Virus record (IMG/VR): IMGVR_UViG_3300028832_000100
Strand: one strand, 5' to 3'
Source of the DNA: a virus
Lineage: Duplodnaviria; Caudoviricetes
Length of the DNA: 64,000 nt
Shown here: positions 59,378 through 64,000 of the stretch, piece by piece
How the letters are laid out: each line of letters starts with the position of its first letter
Position numbering within the stretch: the first letter of the stretch is position 1
Position numbers and translations under genes: made by a program
Notes under the pieces: model-generated
The model's database searches: none
What the model was told of the DNA's origin: nothing
What the model saw: only the letters and a program-made list of their open reading frames with translations

Positions 59378-60970
59378 TTATTGAATAAATTTTTGCACGA
59401 ATGACTCATCAATCATGTCATCAGAAGAAATATTATTTGCTTCTCTTTCAATCATGCTGTCATTCGATTCGGAAATTCTCATCCTCTTTTGAGTTAATGA
59501 GAAGGGCAACTTGCTAACATTCAATGCGTGTTGCTCTACACTTTCACAAATTCTATCAATATCATTGAAGGAATAATTTTGGGGTAACTGTCTCTTAATT
59601 TCAGAATCAGACACCCCTAAATGTAGTGCCTTCATACTGATGTACTTGTTTACGGCAGTCTTTGCTACACGCTTGTACTGTTCAACAAGTTGTGTTTGTT
59701 CGTTGATTTTTTTCTCGTACTTCTCTTGAAGTTGAGATAGGTTTTCTTGGTATTCTTTGTTCTTAATGGAAGAATTCTTTTTCATATCAGAAATACTCTC
59801 CACAAGGGACTTCTTCTCTCTTTCAAAAGATTCCTTCAAAGAAATATTCTCTTTCCTTGCTTCATTCAACCTGCAATGAAGTTCGTTTGAAGATTCTTTC
59901 TTTTCATCCAAACTTTCTTGAATACGCTTTGCGGAAGCTCTTTGCATGCGAATTTGACCTTCAAGATCACGAGAACTGTTTTCCAATTTTCTAATCTCTT
60001 GGTCTTTTTCTTGCAAATCTTCTGTAAGTTTCTGAACCTCTGCTTTTAACTTTGATTCAGATTTTTTGGAATCACTCAATGTAACTACTGCACTCTTGTA
60101 CCGACTAACTTCTTCTACAAGTTTGGTTTCTTTTGCATAGCAAACTGATAACTGCTCTTGGAGAGAAATTATCTGTTCCTTAAGTTTTTCGTTAGCACCC
60201 AATGCTTCCTGCAATTCCTTGACTGTTGTTGCCATGACATCATCACCTGCAACGACTTCTTCAGAATCGTTTTCTTTATTACTGTCTTCCTCTATATTAT
60301 CGACGTTTTCGGTGTCGTTAATATCAATATCCAATTCTTTTAGTTGCTCTTCCATAACCCTCTTATCATCAGCACTTGCATGTTCCAACGATTCTTTAAG
60401 AGCTTGTTTGAGTGACTTCTTATTTGATAAAGACTCTGTTACATATTTCAGTCTTGCTTCTTTCACTGCTGGAACAAGAACGGCATCCCAACACTCACAC
60501 TCAAAAGTAGATGGCTCAACAGATTCAGATCCGTCCATCTCCTCATAAGTATCTCCTGTCCCTCTGCTTGAAACACCGATGTGGCTTCCATAATCACAAA
60601 GAGTTTTCAAAATTCTTCCACAAGGAGTGTCAAGAATATCAAAAACACCATGAATTTTTCCATCACTACCCTTTTTAGGCATCTCTGCCATACAGATAGC
60701 AATCTTTTCCGGATCAACTTCGGTTCTTTCTGCTGGATGACCAAATTCACCTACAAAGACTTTTTCTCTGATTTTCTCTTCTGTAAGTGGATCACTGAAA
60801 AACTTTTCCCACAATTTCTCGCTATAAAAACGATTGTTTCTTGTGGGGTTTTTCATATCAGCAATAACACCTACAAGTCTACCTAAAATTCCTCTGCTAG
60901 CCTGTTCTTCGGCTGACAGTTTATTGTATTCCATTTCTTTTACTGCATTGTAACTTTCTAACATCTGCAA
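59378..60970 (-). CDS. Prohead protease (gp21-like) fused to a coiled-coil scaffold
   Basis: RNNRFYS, GEFGHP, ILDTPCG, GVSSRGTG, WDAV..P; long C-terminal coiled coil. Confidence 0.9.
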   Translation of the reverse strand: MQMLESYNAVKEMEYNKLSAEEQASRGILGRLVGVIADMKNPTRNNRFYSEKLWEKFFSDPLTEEKIREKVFVGEFGHPAERTEVDPEKIAICMAEMPKKGSDGKIHGVFDILDTPCGRILKTLCDYGSHIGVSSRGTGDTYEEMDGSESVEPSTFECECWDAVLVPAVKEARLKYVTESLSNKKSLKQALKESLEHASADDKRVMEEQLKELDIDINDTENVDNIEEDSNKENDSEEVVAGDDVMATTVKELQEALGANEKLKEQIISLQEQLSVCYAKETKLVEEVSRYKSAVVTLSDSKKSESKLKAEVQKLTEDLQEKDQEIRKLENSSRDLEGQIRMQRASAKRIQESLDEKKESSNELHCRLNEARKENISLKESFEREKKSLVESISDMKKNSSIKNKEYQENLSQLQEKYEKKINEQTQLVEQYKRVAKTAVNKYISMKALHLGVSDSEIKRQLPQNYSFNDIDRICESVEQHALNVSKLPFSLTQKRMRISESNDSMIEREANNISSDDMIDESFVQKFIQ

Positions 60971-61094
60971 TACTCCTGTACCGTTTTTTAGTCGAACCGA
61001 CTATTTTAGAATTTTTTTGTCAGACAAAAATCTGAACAGTGTCTATATAATAATTTAGCAGAAAATTTTTTCGCAAATTCTTATATTTTTCTGA

Positions 61095-61416
61095 AATATG
61101 AACAAAATATGAATGAAATTTTCAAAATGTTAAAAAATCGCTTTAATAACTAGATACTATCTATATATACAATTATTTTTACTAGATATTATATAATATA
61201 TATTATAATATATTTATTATTTACTAGTATATGCGTACACAAGAAATTTGTGAACAAATTGTGAACAAATTATTAAAAATCTATGAATAGTGAACATTCT
61301 ATTACAAATTTGTGAATAAATTATTAACAGTCCGTTATGAACAGATTTCTAAATTGTGAACAAATTATGAATAATATATGAAAAATTTATGAATCATGAA
61401 CAAATTGTGAACAAAA
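61095..61416. repeat. AT-rich region with an array of TRTGAAYA iteron / DnaA-box-like repeats (candidate origin)
   Basis: TGTGAACAA at 61249, 61260, 61355 and 61406; TGTGAATAA at 61311; several TATGAAYA variants; near-pure A/T tract at about 61140-61225. Confidence 0.65.
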
Positions 61417-61872
61417 TTAAACTCTGTATATACTCTCGATTGCTTTTAGATCCGCTTTTATAAGGTTAAGCAATCGTACACAATTCGTAAGGTCATAGTT
61501 TTTGAAATAAAGACTTAACACCATACTGATCTCATCTGCTCTTGCATGTCTTAAAAACATTTGTCTGTTGGATGCCTTCTTACTGAAAAGAAGTATCTGT
61601 AAGAGCATTGAAGAAAGTGTTGTTAATATTTCTTCTGGTGATGAATCTTCCTTTACAATATTTCCATAAAGTTTTGATTTTTTACTGTTATAACTTTTTC
61701 TTATCTTTTTATAAAATTCAGTTACATCTAACTGTCTGTTGTCATTTATAAATTTCAGACAACTCAAATCAACATCTCTGCTAACAACGGCTCTTGACAG
61801 AACTTCTTTTGTGTCAATTCCTTTATCAGCAAGATCTTTAAGCAACAATAAACAATCTGACTTTGTAATCAT
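61417..61872 (-). CDS. Hypothetical protein (start MITKSDC after GGAGA)
   Basis: 151 aa, between the portal gene and the repeat array. Confidence 0.6.
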   Translation of the reverse strand: MITKSDCLLLLKDLADKGIDTKEVLSRAVVSRDVDLSCLKFINDNRQLDVTEFYKKIRKSYNSKKSKLYGNIVKEDSSPEEILTTLSSMLLQILLFSKKASNRQMFLRHARADEISMVLSLYFKNYDLTNCVRLLNLIKADLKAIESIYRV

Positions 61873-61967
61873 ATCTATATTTCTCCATTTCGCATTGCAA
61901 ACTTGGTTTTTCATTTTAATAACTACCACAGACAGCAAATTTGCCACCCTGTTGGCATTTTCTTGTG

Positions 61968-61993
61968 TTGGGGGTACAAGTATGTACCCCCAA
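61968..61993. terminator. Perfect stem-loop after the portal gene
   Basis: TTGGGGGTACA-agta-TGTACCCCCAA. Confidence 0.5.
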
Positions 61994-62010
61994 TCATTTA
62001 ATCGCTAAAA

Positions 62011-63990
62011 TCAGCCAAATTCAGGGCTGTTATTATTGGTGAAGTCAATACCTATTTCTTCTCCGCTTGGAAGAATGGTTTCTTCTGCTGAAACAGTAGG
62101 TTCTTCAGCCGTGCTTGCTTCTTGTGGCTCTGTTTCTTCCGGAGTCACACCACCACCTATTTCATCTGCAAGACTCATTGGAGCGGATTCTTCATTATCA
62201 AGACCAAGACCCTCTTCATCTCCAATTTCATCTTGAGGTGTTTCATTTTCTTGTTGTGGGTTTTCTTCTTCCTGCTTTTCTAATTTGTCTATCTGTTCTT
62301 GAATAAGCGAAATAACTTCATCATCCACCATTGCAGTAGAAAGAAGTGCTTTCACAATATTCAGTTTTATAGCAGGATCTTCAATATCACTAACAAGATC
62401 AACTGTATCTCTAATGACACCCAACCTACTTGACATATTTTCTCTTCTATCAAGTTCTTCTTGTGTAATAGGAGGCATCATTCTAATTTGGAACTTGTTG
62501 ATATAATTATCCATTTCTTTATCAAGAAGCATAAGATTTACCATGTCGGTTAATGCTTGAATCATTGCATTTTGCAAAGATTTAACAGTTTTTGCATATC
62601 TTGAAGAAAGAATGGTCAAAGATGCACCGCCATTAAATCCGGCACCATCTTCGGTAAATCCAAAATACTGTTTGAGAACCGACAGAGATCCAAAAAGTCT
62701 ATCTCTGAAATATTCAATGTCAATCAGATTTTTAGGATCATATTCACCACCAATATTTTGAATATTGATAGCACCAACATTGTTCTTTGTAGTCCAATAA
62801 ACATTATTGTCAATAGGACCTGCATTTGTATACTCTTGTAAATACTTTCCTGTGTTAAGAGCGGTTTTCTGCTCTAACATATTCTTCAAACGAATAAGGA
62901 GCGGTTGAGCCGTTTCTTTTGGCATCGATCCAACATCAACAGTAATCAGCTTGATTAGCTGTGACTTTGTAACACGGTTGAGCATAAGAGAGTTTTCAAG
63001 CAACGAAAGAGTTCTCCATGCAGGATAGGCATCGTAAAGAATTGATTTTCCTCGCTTTACAATATAACTTGCATTAGCTTCTGGATTGTCAGTATCTTCC
63101 AAGAAAATCTTTACTTCTTCAGGAACACGACTGCTATCATAATCAAGACAAGCATGAACAAAATCCGTTGCTTCATGTACTGTCACATCCGACTTCTTAA
63201 ACCCGTATCTCATTTGGTTTGATAAAACAGGGTTATCGTTCTTATAAACAGAGGTAGAAACATCTGCTTTAATAAAGCCACAAGTCTTACCAAAACGATC
63301 CAATTCAAACATTTCTGCCGGATTTGGAACAAGTTCTACATAGTGACTATAATGGTCTTCTTTTGAGTATGCTTTTATTCTTACATCCTCATTAAGATTT
63401 TTCTTTTTCTTTCTTTCTTCCTCTTTTTGAAGTTCTACAAAAGCATTGAAAGAATCTAATTCATCTTCTTTGTTTATGCTCTTGAATAGAGGATCTTCAT
63501 GGTCGGATTCTCTATAAAGTCGAAGATAAGCATCTCCATATTTACAAAGATTTATTATCCACTTTGTAACAAACTTATCTACATTGATTGTATCAAGCAA
63601 ATAGGAAACCATCTTTGCACAATTTGCATCAGACGATTCTGCCCACACAATTTTTCCTTGATCGTTCGGTTCTGTTGCATCTTCTGCATAAGTACGAACA
63701 ATGGAAGCAATAATTGGATCTTCGCACATTGTATCGAGCATTTGATACAGTTGATCTCGTCTTTGAGAAAGTTGGGTGAAAGATTGTAGAGCACCAGTAT
63801 CAAGCTTTCCACCCTCGTTAGCAATAATAATGTCATTGAAAAAATCACTGTCTAAATCTACACCAATATTTATTGGGTCAGTAGGTTCTGTTACAATCTT
63901 TTTCCCATAAATATTTTGATTTTCATTTTCAATATCATCTTGCTTATTTAGTTGTTTTTGTTCAAATTCAACATTTATGTTTGAGTCCAT
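62011..63990 (-). CDS. Portal protein (T4 gp20-like)
   Basis: M..DP.IAS....YAEDAT, LCKYGD.YL, GKSIL..A...WR.L.LLE, VDVG.MP, DIEYFRD.LF; acidic tail. Confidence 0.9.
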   Translation of the reverse strand: MDSNINVEFEQKQLNKQDDIENENQNIYGKKIVTEPTDPINIGVDLDSDFFNDIIIANEGGKLDTGALQSFTQLSQRRDQLYQMLDTMCEDPIIASIVRTYAEDATEPNDQGKIVWAESSDANCAKMVSYLLDTINVDKFVTKWIINLCKYGDAYLRLYRESDHEDPLFKSINKEDELDSFNAFVELQKEEERKKKKNLNEDVRIKAYSKEDHYSHYVELVPNPAEMFELDRFGKTCGFIKADVSTSVYKNDNPVLSNQMRYGFKKSDVTVHEATDFVHACLDYDSSRVPEEVKIFLEDTDNPEANASYIVKRGKSILYDAYPAWRTLSLLENSLMLNRVTKSQLIKLITVDVGSMPKETAQPLLIRLKNMLEQKTALNTGKYLQEYTNAGPIDNNVYWTTKNNVGAINIQNIGGEYDPKNLIDIEYFRDRLFGSLSVLKQYFGFTEDGAGFNGGASLTILSSRYAKTVKSLQNAMIQALTDMVNLMLLDKEMDNYINKFQIRMMPPITQEELDRRENMSSRLGVIRDTVDLVSDIEDPAIKLNIVKALLSTAMVDDEVISLIQEQIDKLEKQEEENPQQENETPQDEIGDEEGLGLDNEESAPMSLADEIGGGVTPEETEPQEASTAEEPTVSAEETILPSGEEIGIDFTNNNSPEFG

Positions 63991-64000
63991 TCAAAATACC

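Noticed and set aside
776-63848. Plus-strand ORFs and nested out-of-frame minus-strand ORFs in the track (e.g. 1582..2406, 46699..47226)
   Set aside because: They are antisense or off-frame shadows of well-supported minus-strand genes, with no recognisable motifs.
1-64000. Genome-wide stop-codon reassignment (code 15 or code 4)
   Set aside because: Long structural and replication genes are intact in code 11, TGA is a common terminator, and only one in-frame TAG was found.
1-64000. tRNA or rRNA genes
   Set aside because: No cloverleaf or TTCGA arm was recognisable in the few intergenic gaps.

Overview
A 64-kb segment of a large, low-GC tailed phage with a T4-like contractile-tail (myovirus) structural module. 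Every real gene is on the minus strand. The host is probably an anaerobic Bacillota (inferred from the sigmaA-type TTGACA-17-TGnTATAAT promoters, GGAGG ribosome-binding sites, NrdD and RecU). From right to left: portal, an AT-rich iteron array, prohead protease/scaffold, major capsid protein (MCP), neck, sheath, tube, tail chaperone, tape measure and baseplate. Then a replication/recombination block (SNF2, initiator-like, DnaC, DnaB, primase, SSB, PolA, beta clamp, RecU, RecA, gamma/delta/delta-prime clamp loader, SbcCD), small accessory genes and the 5' end of nrdD. Main result: the 54.3-59.4 kb region looks mostly non-coding in the ORF track, but it is the MCP gene split into 9 exons by 8 group I introns. 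I placed every splice site from the P1 U.G wobble and the terminal omega-G; the exons join into one uninterrupted 527-codon frame. polA carries 3 more group I introns in its catalytic motifs, making 11 in total, only 3 of which encode endonucleases. Other notable items: MCP intron 1 contains a degenerate copy of its own exon junction; a promoter-driven TnpB-omegaRNA-like mini element with no nuclease; RBS-sequestering leaders on the intron endonucleases; a catalytically dead peptide deformylase; an amber-interrupted ORF; and a candidate +1 frameshift in the tail chaperone. All coordinates and pairings were worked out by eye and have not been checked computationally.
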